Below are positions 30,194 to 40,747 of a stretch of DNA of 64,000 nucleotides, piece after piece (the stretch's first letter is position 1; each line of letters opens with the position of its first letter). This stretch comes from an uncultured Ruficoccus sp. Its GTDB lineage: Bacteria > Verrucomicrobiota > Verrucomicrobiia > Opitutales > Cerasicoccaceae. A model generated the notes under the pieces. It was given only the letters and a program-made list of their open reading frames with translations. It had not been told where the DNA came from and made no database searches. Where the stretch lies: contig OZ223519.1 of the NCBI GenBank assembly GCA_965140785.1, forward strand, positions 288,001-352,000. The letters are read 5' to 3'. The position numbers and the translations under genes are program-made.

Positions 30194-30982
30194 ATGTTGC
30201 GCCAAGCCGGATACCAGCCCCCCGTGAAAACCGCGGCAGAAATCCTCGCCATGCGCGAGGCCTGCGCGGTGGCAGCCACGGTCCTGGACAAGCTCTGCGC
30301 GCTGGTCAAGCCCGGTCTCAATACCTATGATCTCGATCAGGAGGGCCGTCGGCTGATCGAAGAGATGGGGGCCGAGAGTTCTTGTTATAATTACTCGCTC
30401 GGGCACAAAGTCTTTCCCGCCTACACCTGCTTGTCGGTTAACGATGAGGTGGTGCATGGCATCGGTTCGCTCAAAACCGTTCTGGCCGAAGGGGACAACA
30501 TCACGGTCGATGTCGTCATCCGCTTCAACGGTTGGATCGGTGACAACGCCCGCACGGTCATCGTGGGGGAGGGGAGCGACGAAATGAAGCGTCTCGTCCG
30601 CGCAACCGAAGAGTCCTTTTACAAAGGACTGGAAATGGCCCGCCCCGGTAAACGGGTGGGGGACATTTCCAACGCCGTCCAGCGCTATGTCGAGGGGCAG
30701 GGGTTTTCGGTGGTGCGTGAGTTTGTCGGCCACGGCGTCGGGGTCGGCATGCACGAGGAGCCGCAGATTCCCAACTACGGACGTCGCAACACGGGCGACC
30801 GGCTGCGCCCCGGCATGACTCTGGCTATCGAGCCCATGGTCAACGCCGGCAAACCTGCCGTCCGGATGTCCAACAATGGCTGGACCGCCCTTACCCGGGA
30901 CGGTAAACCGGCCGCCCATTACGAGCACACTGTGCTCATCACCGAAAATGAGCCGGAAATTTTAACAATTGCGAAAAAATAA
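30194..30982 (+). CDS. map: Methionine aminopeptidase type I
   Basis: SVNDEVVHG, GHGVG..MHEEP, AIEPM, AAHYEHT. Confidence 0.96.
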   Translation: MLRQAGYQPPVKTAAEILAMREACAVAATVLDKLCALVKPGLNTYDLDQEGRRLIEEMGAESSCYNYSLGHKVFPAYTCLSVNDEVVHGIGSLKTVLAEGDNITVDVVIRFNGWIGDNARTVIVGEGSDEMKRLVRATEESFYKGLEMARPGKRVGDISNAVQRYVEGQGFSVVREFVGHGVGVGMHEEPQIPNYGRRNTGDRLRPGMTLAIEPMVNAGKPAVRMSNNGWTALTRDGKPAAHYEHTVLITENEPEILTIAKK

Positions 30983-31054
30983 CTTTGCAAAGCGGGAATT
31001 TTTGTTAGTCTTCCCGTTTTCCCAAATTCCAGGATCCCTCAACTTTACCATTTT

Positions 31055-31429
31055 ATGCCGCGTTTACTAGGTGTAGATATCCCTGCCAACAAAAAGATCG
31101 AATACTCCCTCCAGTACATTTACGGAGTGGGCCCTCACCGCGCACGCATGTTGTGCGATGAAGCTGGCATCGATCCCAACATTCGCGCCCACGAGCTGAG
31201 TGAAGAAGACCTCAACAAGGTCGTCCACCTGCTCACGCAAAAGGGCTTCAAGGTCGAGGGCGACTTGCGCCGCGAAGTCACCGGCAATCTGAAGCGCCTC
31301 CAGGCCATTCGTTGCTACCGTGGCATCCGTCACCAGCGTGGTCTGCCCGTTCGCGGCCAACGTACTCAAACTAATGCCCGCACCCGCAAGGGCGGCCGCC
31401 GCACTGTCGGCGTCATCAAGAAGAAATAA
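31055..31429 (+). CDS. rpsM: 30S ribosomal protein S13
   Basis: IYGVG, VEGDLRR, GLPVRGQRTQTNARTRKG. Confidence 0.98.
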   Translation: MPRLLGVDIPANKKIEYSLQYIYGVGPHRARMLCDEAGIDPNIRAHELSEEDLNKVVHLLTQKGFKVEGDLRREVTGNLKRLQAIRCYRGIRHQRGLPVRGQRTQTNARTRKGGRRTVGVIKKK

Positions 31430-31444
31430 CTTTTGGTTCCACCC

Positions 31445-32053
31445 ATGAGCGAAGAAGAAAACAAGCAGGCCGCTCCGGCGGAAGAAAAAGCCCAGCAGGC
31501 CGCCCCCAAGGCGGAAACCGCCGCGACCGAAGCCAAGCCCAAGGCTCCGGCCAAGGAAGAGGCCCCCAAAGCTGAAGCAGCCGAAGGCAAGGAAGGCGAA
31601 GAGTCCCAGGAGGGCGAGGAAAGCAAGTCCTCCCAACCCACCGCGCAGGACCTCCTCTCCGAAGGTCTTGGCGAGGTCAAAATCCGCAAGGCCAAGGGCA
31701 GCAAGAACATCCACAGCGGTGTTTGCCACATTCTGGCCACCTTCAACAACACCAAGGTGACCTTCTCCGACGCCAACGGCAACGTGGTTTCGTGGTCGAG
31801 CTCCGGCAAGTGCAACTTCCGCGGCTCCCGCAAGTCCACCGCTTACGCAGCCCAGGTCGTGACCCAAGACGCCGGCCGCACGGCCATGTCTCACGGACTG
31901 AAGGAAGTCTCCGTCAAGGTCAAGGGTCCCGGCATGGGCCGTGACTCGGCCATCCGCGCCCTCCAGTCCCTCGGGCTGAACGTTCTCTCGATCGAGGACG
32001 TGACTCCGATCCCGCACAACGGCTGCCGCGCTCCGAAGCGCCGCCGCGTCTAA
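31445..32053 (+). CDS. rpsK: 30S ribosomal protein S11 with a long acidic/Ala-rich N-terminal extension
   Basis: [37 protein letters not shown] at 31445. Confidence 0.96.
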   Translation: MSEEENKQAAPAEEKAQQAAPKAETAATEAKPKAPAKEEAPKAEAAEGKEGEESQEGEESKSSQPTAQDLLSEGLGEVKIRKAKGSKNIHSGVCHILATFNNTKVTFSDANGNVVSWSSSGKCNFRGSRKSTAYAAQVVTQDAGRTAMSHGLKEVSVKVKGPGMGRDSAIRALQSLGLNVLSIEDVTPIPHNGCRAPKRRRV

Positions 32054-32130
32054 TTTTCTAAAAACACTCCCGCCGGGGATGGCAAGCCGGCGGGTTCTAA
32101 CCCGACTGCCAACCAGATAGATCACACACC

Positions 32131-32739
32131 ATGGCTCGTTATACCGGACCAACCACCCGCATCAACCGCCGCTTCGGCCAGGCGATTTTCGCCCCGAGCA
32201 AGGCGTTCGAACGCAAGCCGCACCCTCCCGGCATCCACGGCCCGCGCCTGCGCCGCAAGATTTCCGACTACTCGATCGGCCTGAACGAGAAGCAGAAGCT
32301 GCGTTACATGTACGGTCTGACCGAGAAGCAGTTCCGTCGCACCTTTGAAAAGGCCAAAAGCCAGCGTGGCGTTACCGGTGAAATTTTCATGCAGCTGCTT
32401 GAAACGCGGCTCGACAACGTGATCTACCAGCTAGGGCTGGCTCGTTCGCGCCAGGCCGCCCGTCAGTTCGTCTGCCACGGCCACATCCAGGTCAACGGCC
32501 ACAAGGTGGACATCCCCAGCTACGAAGTGAAGCCGGGTGACATCATCGAAGTGCGCGACCGCACTTCCTCCCGCCAGCTTGCCACGCGCAATCTGGAAGA
32601 CAGTCAGTACCGCACGATTCCGGCCTGGCTCGCGCTCGACCATGACGCCCTGCGCGCCACGGCCAACCGCCTCCCCGTCGCCGAAGAGATGGAGCAGGGT
32701 ATCAACCTGCAGGTCATCGTTGAGTACTACAGCCGCTAA
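32131..32739 (+). CDS. rpsD: 30S ribosomal protein S4
   Basis: MARYTGP, LNEKQKLR, LETRLDN, ARQFVCHGHI, VEYYSR. Confidence 0.98.
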   Translation: MARYTGPTTRINRRFGQAIFAPSKAFERKPHPPGIHGPRLRRKISDYSIGLNEKQKLRYMYGLTEKQFRRTFEKAKSQRGVTGEIFMQLLETRLDNVIYQLGLARSRQAARQFVCHGHIQVNGHKVDIPSYEVKPGDIIEVRDRTSSRQLATRNLEDSQYRTIPAWLALDHDALRATANRLPVAEEMEQGINLQVIVEYYSR

Positions 32740-32805
32740 TCGCATCCCCTCCTGGGGCGATTTAACGCTGTTTTTATCTAAAAATTCACCCATTCCTTTA
32801 TACCT

Positions 32806-33861
32806 ATGAGCACTGTCGAAGAAGCCACCGCCACCGACCAGAAATCCGCTCCCTCCAACTCGCTCAAGCGCCTGGGCAAGTTCGAGCTTCCCAAGCGCCT
32901 GGTCAAGGATGAGGCGACCGCCACCGACACGTTTGCCGCCTTCACCGCCGAGCCGTTTGAAACCGGCTACGGTCACACCATCGGCAACTCCCTGCGCCGC
33001 GTGCTTCTCAGCTCGATTGAGGGCGCCGCGATCAGCAGCATCAAGATCGACGGCGTTGACCACGAGTTCCAGAGCATCGAAGGCGTGGTCGAAGACGTCA
33101 CCGACGTCGTCCTGAACCTGAAAAAAGTTCTCCTGAGCTGCCACCGCCGTGAAGGCGCCCGCCTGCTGATCGACGTGGACAAGGAAGGTCCCGTCACCGC
33201 CGGCGACATCCAGGAAGATGCCAACGTTCAGGTTCTCAATCCCGATCACGTCATCTGTCATCTCGACAAGAAGCGCCGCTTCCTGGCCGAGATCGAGGTC
33301 AAGGTCGGTCGCGGTTTCTGTACCGCCGACGAGAACAAGCGCGAAGAACAGATCATCGGCCTGATTCCGATCGACTCGCTCTTCAGCCCGGTCCGTCTGG
33401 TCAAGTACTCCGTTGAAAACACCCGCGTCGGTCAGATGACCGACTATGACCGGCTCATTCTCGAGGTGAACACCGACGGGCGCATCAGCCCGGACGACGC
33501 CCTCAAGGAAGCCGCCTCCATCCTGCGCCACCACCTGGACGTCTTCGACGAGGTCAGCCAGGAGCGCGTCGAGTTCGAAAGCGAAAGCAAGCAGATCAGC
33601 GAAGAGCAGAACCGCCTGCGCAAGCTGCTCAACATGAGCGTGAACGAAATCGAGCTCTCCGTCCGCGCGGCCAACTGCCTCAACAACGCCAACATCACCA
33701 CCGTCGGCGAGCTGGCCATGAAGACCGAGCAGGAAATGCTCAAGTACCGCAATTTCGGCAAGAAGTCGCTCAACGAGATCAAGGCCAAGCTCGAGCAGCT
33801 GGGTCTGTCCCTGGGCATGAAGCTCGACGAGCGTCTTCTGGAAAAAACCATCAGCGAATAA
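32806..33861 (+). CDS. rpoA: RNA polymerase alpha subunit
   Basis: EPFETGYGHTIGNSLRRVLLSS, ELSVRAANCL, NFGKKSL. Confidence 0.98.
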   Translation: MSTVEEATATDQKSAPSNSLKRLGKFELPKRLVKDEATATDTFAAFTAEPFETGYGHTIGNSLRRVLLSSIEGAAISSIKIDGVDHEFQSIEGVVEDVTDVVLNLKKVLLSCHRREGARLLIDVDKEGPVTAGDIQEDANVQVLNPDHVICHLDKKRRFLAEIEVKVGRGFCTADENKREEQIIGLIPIDSLFSPVRLVKYSVENTRVGQMTDYDRLILEVNTDGRISPDDALKEAASILRHHLDVFDEVSQERVEFESESKQISEEQNRLRKLLNMSVNEIELSVRAANCLNNANITTVGELAMKTEQEMLKYRNFGKKSLNEIKAKLEQLGLSLGMKLDERLLEKTISE

Positions 33862-33883
33862 CCTTACTCACATCTTTTAAGTC

Positions 33884-34477
33884 ATGCGCCACAACAAACA
33901 CCGGCACGTACTGGGGGTCAAAACGGCCCACCGCAGCGCGCTCATGGCAAATCTCGCGACCGCTTTGTTCAAGCACGGTCGCATTCAGACGACCTTGTCC
34001 AAGGCCAAGGCCCTTCGTCCCTTTGCCGAAAAGTTGATCACGCTCGCCTGCAAGGCCGAAGCCACCGACGATGCTGCCCGCAAGCTGCACTACCGCCGCC
34101 AGGCTATCGCCAAGGTGCGCGATGTCGCCGCCGTCAAGCAGCTCTTCGATGAGCGCGTCAGCGAGTTCACCGCCCGTAACGGCGGCTACTGCCGCATCTA
34201 CAAGCTCGTGCCCCGTATCGGCGACGCCGCCGACATGGCCATCATCGAGCTGATCGCCGCCGACGACGAAGGCTACGCCAAGCCGAAGCGCAAGGGTGCC
34301 AAGAAGACGGCCAAGGCCAAGAAGACTGCCAAGCCCGCCAAGGAGCCCAAGGCCGAAGAGGCCGCCACGGAGGAAGCCCCGGCTTCTGAAGAAGCTCCCG
34401 TCGAAGAGGCCAAGGCTGAAGAGCCCAAAGCCGAAGCTGAAGAGCCCAAGGCCGAAAAGACCGAGGAGAAGAAGTAA
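33884..34477 (+). CDS. rplQ: 50S ribosomal protein L17 with a Lys/Glu/Ala-rich C-terminal tail
   Basis: MRH, IQTTLSKAK, RNGGYCRI, GDAADMA. Confidence 0.97.
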   Translation: MRHNKHRHVLGVKTAHRSALMANLATALFKHGRIQTTLSKAKALRPFAEKLITLACKAEATDDAARKLHYRRQAIAKVRDVAAVKQLFDERVSEFTARNGGYCRIYKLVPRIGDAADMAIIELIAADDEGYAKPKRKGAKKTAKAKKTAKPAKEPKAEEAATEEAPASEEAPVEEAKAEEPKAEAEEPKAEKTEEKK

Positions 34478-34511
34478 CGCCCGCTTTTTGCCAGGCATGA
34501 AACCTTTCCCT

Positions 34512-34550
34512 GCGACGCGCCTCCCTGCCGGAGCGCGTCGCTTTGCTTTT
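34512..34550 (+). terminator. Probable Rho-independent terminator after rplQ
   Basis: GCGACGCGC...GCGCGTCGC followed by TTTGCTTTT. Confidence 0.65.
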
Positions 34551-34558
34551 AGCCTGAC

Positions 34559-34792
34559 GTGATCGACATTGATTTTTCCGTATTCACATTTCTTTACGTC
34601 AGCTTGGGTATGGCGGTCATCCTCGGTTTGTGGTTCTACTACGACCGCCGGGACGTCTCCCTCTACGAGCGCATCCGCGTTCGCCACACCTTTCATTGTA
34701 TCAAGTGCGGCACCCTCTACTCGGACAGGGGCACGCGCGAAGTTTCCCGCTGTCCGCATTGCGGGTTTGAAAACGCCAAATTGAAATTCTGA
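34559..34792 (+). CDS. Small membrane-anchored zinc-ribbon protein
   Basis: N-terminal TM helix, CIKC and CPHC motifs; GTG start. Confidence 0.75.
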   Translation: MIDIDFSVFTFLYVSLGMAVILGLWFYYDRRDVSLYERIRVRHTFHCIKCGTLYSDRGTREVSRCPHCGFENAKLKF

Positions 34793-34816
34793 TTTTGGCC
34801 CTAGTCCCATAATCTC

Positions 34817-36355
34817 ATGTCTCAGATCATCGCAGTTCTCGATTTCGGTTCGCAGTACACGCAGGTCATCGCCCGGCGCATCCGCGAATGTAACGTCTAC
34901 TCCAAGATCTACCCCTTCGGTGTCAGCGCGGCTGAGCTGAAGAAGGACGAGGTCAAGGGCATCATCCTCTCGGGCGGCCCGAGCAGCGTACTGCTGCCGA
35001 AGTCCCCGCGCCCGGACCCGAAGATTTTCGAGCTCGGCGTCCCGGTATTGGGAATCTGCTACGGCGTGCAGCTGATCGGTCACCTACTCGGCGGCAAGGT
35101 CGAGAAGAGCCGCCAGCGCGAGTACGGCAAGGGCACGCTCAAAATCCGCAAAAAGGGCAAGCTCCTGGCCGGTATCTCCTCGGGTATCCAGGTCTGGAAC
35201 TCGCATGGCGACCGCGTGATCAAATTGCCCAAGGGCTTCGAGGCCATCGCCTCGACCGAGAACTCCGACGTCGCCGTGGTCCAGGACGCCAAGCGCCAGA
35301 TCTACGGCATGCAGTTCCACCCCGAGGTCGTCCACACCGACCAGGGTATTGATATTATCCGGAATTTCCTCGTCGGCATTTGCCGCTGCAAGGGCGACTG
35401 GCAGATGTCGGACTATGTGGAGACCGCCGTGCAGGCGATCCGCGACCAGGTCGGCGACCGCCGCGTGATTCTCGGCCTCAGCGGCGGCGTGGACTCTTCC
35501 GTGGCCGCGGCCCTCATCCACAAGGCCATCGGCAAGCAGCTCACCTGCGTCTTCGTGGACAACGGCCTGCTGCGCAAGGGCGAACGCGACAAAGTGGACC
35601 GTATTTTCCGCGAGCACTTTAAAATCAACCTCAAGGTGGCCAAGTCCGGCCCGCGCTTCCTCAAGAAACTCAAGGGCGTGACCGACCCCGAGAAGAAGCG
35701 CAAGATCATCGGGCGCGAGTTCATCGAAGTCTTTGACGAGGCGGTGAAAAAGATCGGCGAGGTGGACTTCCTCGCGCAGGGGACCCTGTACCCCGACGTG
35801 ATCGAGAGTGTCGCCATCGGCGGCAACCCGGCCGCGCTGATCAAGAGCCACCACAATGTCGGCGGCCTGCCCAAGCGCATGAAGCTCAAGCTTTTGGAGC
35901 CGCTGCGGGAACTCTTTAAGGACGAAGTCCGCGCCCTCGGCGAGGAACTCGGCCTGCCCAAGGAAATGGTCTGGCGCCATCCTTTCCCCGGTCCCGGCCT
36001 CGGCGTGCGCGTCATCGGCGAGATCAAGTCCAGCTACCTGAAGATTCTCCGCGAGGCCGACTTTATCCTGCTGGAGGAGATGAAGCGGACCGGCTACTAC
36101 GAAAAGGTTTGGCAGGCTTTCTGTGTGTTCCTGCCGGTGCAGACGGTCGGCGTGATGGGCGACGAGCGCACCTATGACTACGTCATCGCCGTGCGGGTGG
36201 TCGAGAGTCAGGACGCCATGACGGCGAACTGGGCCCACATCCCCCACGACATCCTGCAGACGATTTCCTCCCGCATCATCAACGAGGTCACGGGCGTCAA
36301 CCGTGTGGTGCTCGATATCAGCTCGAAGCCGCCCAGCACGATCGAGTGGGAATAG
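34817..36355 (+). CDS. guaA: GMP synthase (glutamine-hydrolysing)
   Basis: [36 protein letters not shown]. Confidence 0.99.
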   Translation: MSQIIAVLDFGSQYTQVIARRIRECNVYSKIYPFGVSAAELKKDEVKGIILSGGPSSVLLPKSPRPDPKIFELGVPVLGICYGVQLIGHLLGGKVEKSRQREYGKGTLKIRKKGKLLAGISSGIQVWNSHGDRVIKLPKGFEAIASTENSDVAVVQDAKRQIYGMQFHPEVVHTDQGIDIIRNFLVGICRCKGDWQMSDYVETAVQAIRDQVGDRRVILGLSGGVDSSVAAALIHKAIGKQLTCVFVDNGLLRKGERDKVDRIFREHFKINLKVAKSGPRFLKKLKGVTDPEKKRKIIGREFIEVFDEAVKKIGEVDFLAQGTLYPDVIESVAIGGNPAALIKSHHNVGGLPKRMKLKLLEPLRELFKDEVRALGEELGLPKEMVWRHPFPGPGLGVRVIGEIKSSYLKILREADFILLEEMKRTGYYEKVWQAFCVFLPVQTVGVMGDERTYDYVIAVRVVESQDAMTANWAHIPHDILQTISSRIINEVTGVNRVVLDISSKPPSTIEWE

Positions 36356-36440
36356 TCCCGGCGGGCGCTCTCCGCCCGCGCGGAACTTGGGCACTTTTTG
36401 GTTCACTCCCTGTCAAAATACCCTATTGGATACAATCCCT

Positions 36441-37184
36441 ATGACTCGTTGCCACACCTTCCTTGCCCTTACCCTGATGTTCACCTCGTCCCTCAGCGCC
36501 GCGGAGGTGGACGATATCCTGGCCAAGGCGCGCGCCCGTCTCGGCCCGGAGCAGAAGCTGGAGGCGGTCGAGAGCATTCAGTATGAGGGCCAGGTTTACG
36601 GCCCCGACGGCGAAAAGCTCGACACTCTGGATTTGACCTTCACAAAGCCGGACAAGCAACTGCTGATCGTTGAGTCGGAGACGCTGAAGCGTTCGACGGG
36701 CGTTAACGGTTTCGAGGGCTTCGTCGAGGTCATTAACAAGGAGGACCCGTACAAGAGCGGCGTCATCGTGTTGGATTTCAACCGGGTGCGCCGACTGCTG
36801 GCCAACGCGGCGGAGAACCTCTACTTTTTCAACGGGCCGCGTCAGCGCACCGGCGGGACGATCACGCTGGAGGGCACCCAGGAGGTCCACGGGCACGATT
36901 GCTATAAGCTGCGCTTCGCTTATCCGTGCGGGCTGTTCTACATCCGTTATTTCGACAAGACCACCTACGAGCTGGTCTCCACCATCAACGGCGAGAGCAA
37001 TCAGGAGCTGATCGAGAGCGACACCGCGCAGGTCAACGGCATTCTCTTCCCCAAAAAAGTCGAGACCTACGACGAGGAGGGTGATTTGATTCGCACCGTG
37101 GTCTTTGAAAAGATTCTGATAAACGAGCCGGTGGACAATTCTATCTTTGATTTTCCCGCCATACCCGGTTCACTGAATCGGTAA
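36441..37184 (+). CDS. Exported protein, LolA-like / outer-membrane lipoprotein-sorting-type fold (tentative)
   Basis: Signal-peptide-like N-terminus, DDILAKARA..LEAVESIQYEG, beta-rich C-terminus; ATG at 36441. Confidence 0.6.
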   Translation: MTRCHTFLALTLMFTSSLSAAEVDDILAKARARLGPEQKLEAVESIQYEGQVYGPDGEKLDTLDLTFTKPDKQLLIVESETLKRSTGVNGFEGFVEVINKEDPYKSGVIVLDFNRVRRLLANAAENLYFFNGPRQRTGGTITLEGTQEVHGHDCYKLRFAYPCGLFYIRYFDKTTYELVSTINGESNQELIESDTAQVNGILFPKKVETYDEEGDLIRTVVFEKILINEPVDNSIFDFPAIPGSLNR

Positions 37185-38488
37185 TGGCAGGAAAATTTCT
37201 GAACTATGAGACGCCGGGTGTTCCGGCCCGGCTGATCAAGCAGCGTGAGCAGGCGTTGAGCGACGCCTCCGTCGCGGCCACCGTCCGGGAGATTCTGGAG
37301 GCGGTCAGCAAGCAGGGCGACAAGGCCGTGCTGCGCTATACGGCGAAGTTCGACCGCGCCCGCCTCAAGGCCGCCGACCTGCGCGTCGATCCCGAGGAGC
37401 TTAAGGCCGCGCCGAAGAGCCTGACGCCCGCCCGGCGCAAGGCCATCCGCGAGTCCATCGCCGGGGTGAGCGAGTTCCACCGCCGCACACTGCCCAAGGC
37501 CTGGCGGGCCAAGAACCGCCACGGTGCCACCGTGGGCGAGGAGTTTTACCCGATCGAACGGGCCGGCCTTTACATCCCCGGCGGCCAGGTGCCGCTGGTT
37601 TCGACCGTTATCATGTCGGCCATTCCGGCCCGGCTCGCGGGTGTCCCGCAGATGGTTGTCTGCACGCCGCCCCAGGCCGACGGCTCCGTCAATCCCGGTC
37701 TGCTGGCCGCGCTGCACTACTGCGGCGTGACGGAAGTTTATAAGCTCGGCGGCGTCCAGGCCATGGCCGCCCTGGCCTTCGGGACGAAGACAGTCCCGCG
37801 CGTGGACAAGGTGTACGGCCCCGGTAACGCCTACGTGATGGAGGCCAAGCGCCAGCTTTTCGGCCAGGTCGGGGTGGACCTGTTGCCCGGCCCGAGCGAG
37901 ATCCTCGTCGTCGCCGATGCGGCGGCCAACCCGGCCTTTATCGCCTCGGACCTGCTGGCCCAGGCCGAGCACGGCACCGGCAAGGAAAAGGTTTACCTCG
38001 TCTCAACCTCCGAGAAGGTGATCAAGGAGGTGGACGCCGAGTTGAAAAAGCAAGTCGGCTCACTTTCGCACGCGACCAAGATCAAGGCCGTATTGAAAAA
38101 GCACTACACAGCGGTCAAGGTTAAGTCGCTGGAGCAGGCCGCCGAAGCAGCCAATCTCATCGCTCCCGAGCACCTGGAGCTCCAGGTGGAGAAGGGGCGC
38201 GAGCGCAAGCTGATCAAGTCCATCACCACGGCGGGCGCGATCCTCGTCGGCGGCTACACGCCGACCGTGCTGGGCGACTTCGTCGCCGGGCCGAGCCACA
38301 CGCTGCCCACTGACCGCACGGGCCGTTTCTTCAGCGGCCTGCAGGTGTGGGACTTCATGCGCCGCACGAGCATCGTCCACTACGATAAGCGCAGCGGGAC
38401 CAAAGCCTGGCCGACGGTGGAGGCTTTCGGCGAGATGGAGCAGCTTGACGCGCACAGCCGTTCGCTCAAGATACGCCTGGAATCATGA
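37184..38488 (+). CDS. hisD: Histidinol dehydrogenase
   Basis: GLYIPGG, GPGNAYV, GPSE, LAQAEH, APEHLE, GPSHTLPT. Confidence 0.97.
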   Translation: MAGKFLNYETPGVPARLIKQREQALSDASVAATVREILEAVSKQGDKAVLRYTAKFDRARLKAADLRVDPEELKAAPKSLTPARRKAIRESIAGVSEFHRRTLPKAWRAKNRHGATVGEEFYPIERAGLYIPGGQVPLVSTVIMSAIPARLAGVPQMVVCTPPQADGSVNPGLLAALHYCGVTEVYKLGGVQAMAALAFGTKTVPRVDKVYGPGNAYVMEAKRQLFGQVGVDLLPGPSEILVVADAAANPAFIASDLLAQAEHGTGKEKVYLVSTSEKVIKEVDAELKKQVGSLSHATKIKAVLKKHYTAVKVKSLEQAAEAANLIAPEHLELQVEKGRERKLIKSITTAGAILVGGYTPTVLGDFVAGPSHTLPTDRTGRFFSGLQVWDFMRRTSIVHYDKRSGTKAWPTVEAFGEMEQLDAHSRSLKIRLES

Positions 38489-39591
38489 ACAAGGGCTATA
38501 ATCCGCTTTCGCGCGCCAATCCCCACATCCGGCGCCTGCATGCCTATGTCCCTGGTCAGCAGCCCAGTGGCGGCGACTGGGTCAAGCTCAACACGAATGA
38601 GAACCCGTACCCGCCCAGCCCGAAGGTGCTGGAGGCGATCCAGGCCGAGCTGGCGGGGGAGGGGACGCGCCTGCGGCTGTACCCGAACCCCCTCTCCATC
38701 CCTCTGCGGCAGGCGCTGGCCGCCCACCACGGGCTCAAGCCGCCTCAGGTGCTGGCCGGAAACGGAGCCGACGACGTACTGAACCTGCTCATGCGCGCCT
38801 TTGCCGGGCCGGAGCGTCCCGCCGGGATGACCAGCCCGAGCTATTCGCTCTACGCAGTGCTGGCCGAGGTGCAGCAGGCAAAAATGGTGGAGGTGTCCTT
38901 TGACCGCTCGATGACGCTCGATCCCGCGGCGATCCGCGCCTGCGGGGCGAATATCTTTTTCCTGACCTCGCCCAATGCCCCGACCGGGGTGGGCTTTTCG
39001 CGCAAGGAGGTCGAGGCGGCCGCTGCGGCCTTCGAGGGGATCTTTGTCATCGACGAGACCTACGCGCCCTTTGCCGCCGAGGATGCCATTCCGCTGCTGG
39101 CCCGGCATCCGAATGTCGTTATCGTGCGCAGCTTTTCCAAGGCGTACTCGCTGGCCGGGCTGCGCGTGGGCTACGCGCTGGCCTCGGCGGAGATCATTGA
39201 GGTGCTCGACCGGGTGCGCGAGAGCTATAATCTCGACCGCCTGGCGCAGGCCGGGGCGCTGGCCGCGCTCAGCGATGCCGAGTACTACCGCCGCGCGAGC
39301 GCGGATATCCTCGCCATGCGCGCGCAAATGGCAGACTGGTACAGCGACAAGGGCTGGTTCTGCTATCCCTCGGCGACGAATTTCCACTTCGTCGAGCCGC
39401 AGACCAGCGCGGGGGAGACCGGGGCGGCCGTGGCCGAGAGCCTTTACAACGCCTTGAGCGGGCGGCGGGTTTTGGTCCGTTACTTCCCCAAGCATCCCTT
39501 GACTCAGGGCTTTCTGCGCGTCACTCTTGGCACCGATAAGGAGATGCAGCGCTACCGCGATGCAGTGGACTCATGGCTGAAAACACACTAG
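38485..39591 (+). CDS. hisC: Histidinol-phosphate aminotransferase
   Basis: [32 protein letters not shown]. Confidence 0.95.
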   Translation: MNKGYNPLSRANPHIRRLHAYVPGQQPSGGDWVKLNTNENPYPPSPKVLEAIQAELAGEGTRLRLYPNPLSIPLRQALAAHHGLKPPQVLAGNGADDVLNLLMRAFAGPERPAGMTSPSYSLYAVLAEVQQAKMVEVSFDRSMTLDPAAIRACGANIFFLTSPNAPTGVGFSRKEVEAAAAAFEGIFVIDETYAPFAAEDAIPLLARHPNVVIVRSFSKAYSLAGLRVGYALASAEIIEVLDRVRESYNLDRLAQAGALAALSDAEYYRRASADILAMRAQMADWYSDKGWFCYPSATNFHFVEPQTSAGETGAAVAESLYNALSGRRVLVRYFPKHPLTQGFLRVTLGTDKEMQRYRDAVDSWLKTH

Positions 39592-40181
39592 AACGCCGCT
39601 CCGAGCGGACCCGCACCACGAAGGAGACCGACATCTCCCTGACCCTCTGCCTCGACGGTAGCGGACAGGTTGAGATCGACACCGGGATTCCCTTCGTGGA
39701 CCACATGCTGGACCTGTTCGCCCGTCACGGGCTCTTTGATCTCACGGTCAAGGCTTCCGGCGACCTGGCGGTGGACTATCACCACACGGTCGAAGATCTC
39801 GGCATCGTGCTCGGTGAGGCGTTCAAGGAAGCCCTCGGGGACAAAAAAGGCATCGTGCGCTACGGATTCTTCCTCCTGCCGATGGACGAAACGCTGGTGC
39901 GCGTGGCGCTCGATCTGAGCAACCGCCCGCTGTTCGTCTATAAGGTGGAGGCGCCGGTCCTGATGGTCCGCGACTTCAACATCGCGCTGTTCAAGGAGTT
40001 TTTCCAAGCCTTTGCCAACAGTTGCGGAGCGAACCTGCACCTGTGCCTGGAGTACGGTGAGGAGCCTCACCACGTAGCCGAAGCGCTCTTCAAGGGCTTC
40101 GCCCGCGCTCTCGACATGGCCACCCGCGTCGATCCGCGCCAGGCCGACAGCCTCCCCAGCACCAAGGGCCTGCTCACGTAG
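39573..40181 (+). CDS. hisB: Imidazoleglycerol-phosphate dehydratase (monofunctional)
   Basis: [36 protein letters not shown]. Confidence 0.97.
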   Translation: MAENTLERRSERTRTTKETDISLTLCLDGSGQVEIDTGIPFVDHMLDLFARHGLFDLTVKASGDLAVDYHHTVEDLGIVLGEAFKEALGDKKGIVRYGFFLLPMDETLVRVALDLSNRPLFVYKVEAPVLMVRDFNIALFKEFFQAFANSCGANLHLCLEYGEEPHHVAEALFKGFARALDMATRVDPRQADSLPSTKGLLT

Positions 40182-40468
40182 GCAGGACAGAGTCCTGCAC
40201 CTGTGATGCTTGCGCATCACTGATGCCGCCGCGTTGGCGGTGGCATGGGTAACTGCGGTGGACGCCGACTCGTACGAATTTCGTGCACCTAGCTTGAGCA
40301 GGGGTGAGCATGCTGTCGGCACTTTATGCCATTTCGCTTTAGAAATGAGACTTTTGTTTTTATCCATAGATGGGCACAGATTTCTCCTGCGTAAAAAAAA
40401 TCCGCATTTCATCCGTGGCTAAATAATCACCTCAAAGCAGAGGAGACACGGTATTACTATGGACTGCT

Positions 40469-40744
40469 CTAGAGCATTTTCGTTTTAATCTGTCGCACTC
40501 GGCTGAGCTGATTTTAAGTACTGGCAAGGCTCTTTCAAGGGACTTGGGCTGGAAGCCCTGGCCCCTTGAAAGGAACGCCGCCAGGCTTAATATCAGCCAG
40601 TCCATTCGGATGGGGTCTGTCTTGCGGCTCGCGGCGTTGGCTGGGGGACTTACGGGCTTCCAGCCCGCTACGCTCCCAGCCGCCTGCCGAGCCTTCAAGA
40701 CATTTCCCCACTGAGTGCGACTGATTAAAGCGAAAGTGCTCTAG
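40469..40744. mobile_element. MITE-like element (276 bp) with 32-bp imperfect terminal inverted repeats
   Basis: CTAGAGCATTTTCGTTTTAATCTGTCGCACTC ... GAGTGCGACTGATTAAAGCGAAAGTGCTCTAG (29/32 complementary); internal hairpins; no transposase. Confidence 0.75.
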
Positions 40745-40747
40745 CGG

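Noticed and set aside
40210..40698. ORFs 40210..40422 and 40432..40698
   Set aside because: They overlap the palindrome and MITE and have no protein-like features
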